Source: Ostrea edulis
Lineage: Eukaryota
Direction of reading: 5' to 3'
DNA length: 64,000 nucleotides
Assembly: GCF_947568905.1 (NCBI RefSeq)
Contig: NC_079173.1
Location: forward strand, 41,044,001-41,108,000
Made by a program: the position numbers and the translations under genes. Below the pieces are notes generated by a model. It made no database searches, was not told where the DNA came from, and saw nothing but the letters and a program-made list of their open reading frames with translations. Positions 62,501 through 64,000 of the stretch are shown piece by piece; within the stretch, counting starts at the first letter, position 1; every line of letters begins with the position of its first letter.

Positions 62501-63827
62501 TGCAATACATTTCGATCAAACACAACCTAAAACTAATGAAATAAACTATAATTAGAGAAGGAAAAAATCTAAGTTGCCTTGATACGTATCAGATATCTTT
62601 CATTTTTTTTTCAAAATCAAAGTGTTATTCTTCAATATTTTTTTTATATTTGATACAAAAACTGATATTTATTTTCATCAATTAAGAAATGAAACTTATA
62701 ATTCTTTGCTTGATACATGTATCAAACGAAATATTGGACGGAAAACTTCATAAATGTGCGTAACAAAAAATTATAAGTTTTATTTTTTTATCATTTAATT
62801 ATGTTTTTAAGATAGAGAAACAAATAGCTTCTCCCTCCAAAAAGTTTGAATTAACGTTTTTCAAATGGCGCGTAGGAATACATATACGTAGGAATGAAAA
62901 CAACAACAAAACGGCATGACTGTGCGTTCAGGTCAGGAACAGTTATTGTGCAGATTTAAATGGTTTATACGCCAAATTGAAGATGTAATGGCTAAAAGAT
63001 GAATTAAATATAAAGGAAGATAGCGAGCGGTGACTGGATTCATGCTGCATTGTGTTGGAGAGGTTGGACACTGGTTATGTCGTTGGAACGGTGGAATGAA
63101 ACTCGACTCCATTGTAATATCGAGTAGAAAGTTCAACTCAGCATCATCTAAAACGCACTCGTTGACTGAGTCCCAAATGACGTAATTCAATCCCATTAAT
63201 ATTTACCAGATCAGAAGTCCCCACTTGCTCGATCATGTTATATATCTCGTAAAGCAGACGATTCATGCCGGGAACTCGTGTAATATGTCTATTTTTACCA
63301 GTAAACGGTCTATGTCATCAAGTTGACTATTCTGTCACGTCATCGCCTATGTATGTTGTTTCTTTAAATTAATTTGTATTTTATTGATATTTTTAGTTGT
63401 GCTGATTTTTTATATTAATGAAAAACAAACATCAAACGAATGCATGTCGTTATATATCATGCTTTTATGGAAAATCCCGTTCTCTAAATAGCGCCAAAAT
63501 TAGACATAGGAAGACACATTCCAGAGAAAAGAAGTCAGAGGAACTCCGAACGAAATTTTGACAGATAGATCAATCGGATTTTTCAACCAATCATCATCGT
63601 TGTTCATCCATCACTTTAAACATTAACAATTGATTAGTAATTACGAACAGAGTAACATTTTCTCTAATTATAGTCTATGCCCTAATTATGACACAACACT
63701 ATCTCTAATTTAATTATCCAGAATTAATACAATAATGATCATGTCATTGTCATATCAATGATTCATAATGGATTATTATCCATAATTATGTTATCTGTAC
63801 AGATCGAGTTAGAACAATAAACACCGT

Positions 63828-64000
63828 TACTACTAGTACTTACCAGTCAGAAAGTACCTCCTCTGTATATATCTGATATAGTACAATAAACTACAGTACT
63901 ACTGGTACTTACCAGTCAGAGAGTATCTCCTCTGTATATATCTGATATAGTACAATAAACTACAGTAATACTAGTACCTACCAGTCAGATAGTACCTCCT
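63828..64000 (+). repeat. 69-bp tandem repeat, at least 2.5 copies, runs off the window
   Basis: Units start at 63828, 63897 and 63966. Confidence 0.95.

Overview
AT-rich eukaryotic DNA, most likely a bivalve (oyster-like). The organism is inferred from the repeat families, not proven. The window is dominated by introns and decayed transposable elements, and most ORFs in the supplied track are spurious. Main contents: (1) a multi-exon + strand receptor gene or pseudogene at about 1.6-21.2 kb with LRR, LRR-CT, Ig and hormone-receptor-like exons (adhesion-GPCR-like ectodomain), mixing intact and broken exons and containing tandemly duplicated LRR-exon cassettes; (2) more than 15 fragments of one Penelope-like retroelement (PLE) family, including inverted tail pairs and a 39-bp minisatellite grown out of the tail; (3) several SINE families and Helentron-associated (HINE-like) elements with internal tandem repeats; (4) a double B-box/coiled-coil (TRIM-like) pseudogene at 41.6-42.3 kb on the - strand; (5) an apparently full-length but inactivated Kolobok DNA transposon of about 3.55 kb (48342-51896, TTAA-flanked) with a DDE transposase and a divergently oriented KolX/P2X7-ballast-like gene; (6) a mariner fragment, a CR1/L2-type LINE 5' fragment with a degenerate 2A-like motif, an N gap, microsatellites and a 69-bp tandem repeat at the right edge. 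No rRNA, true tRNA gene or CRISPR array is supported. Coordinates of degenerate repeats are approximate (tens of bp).
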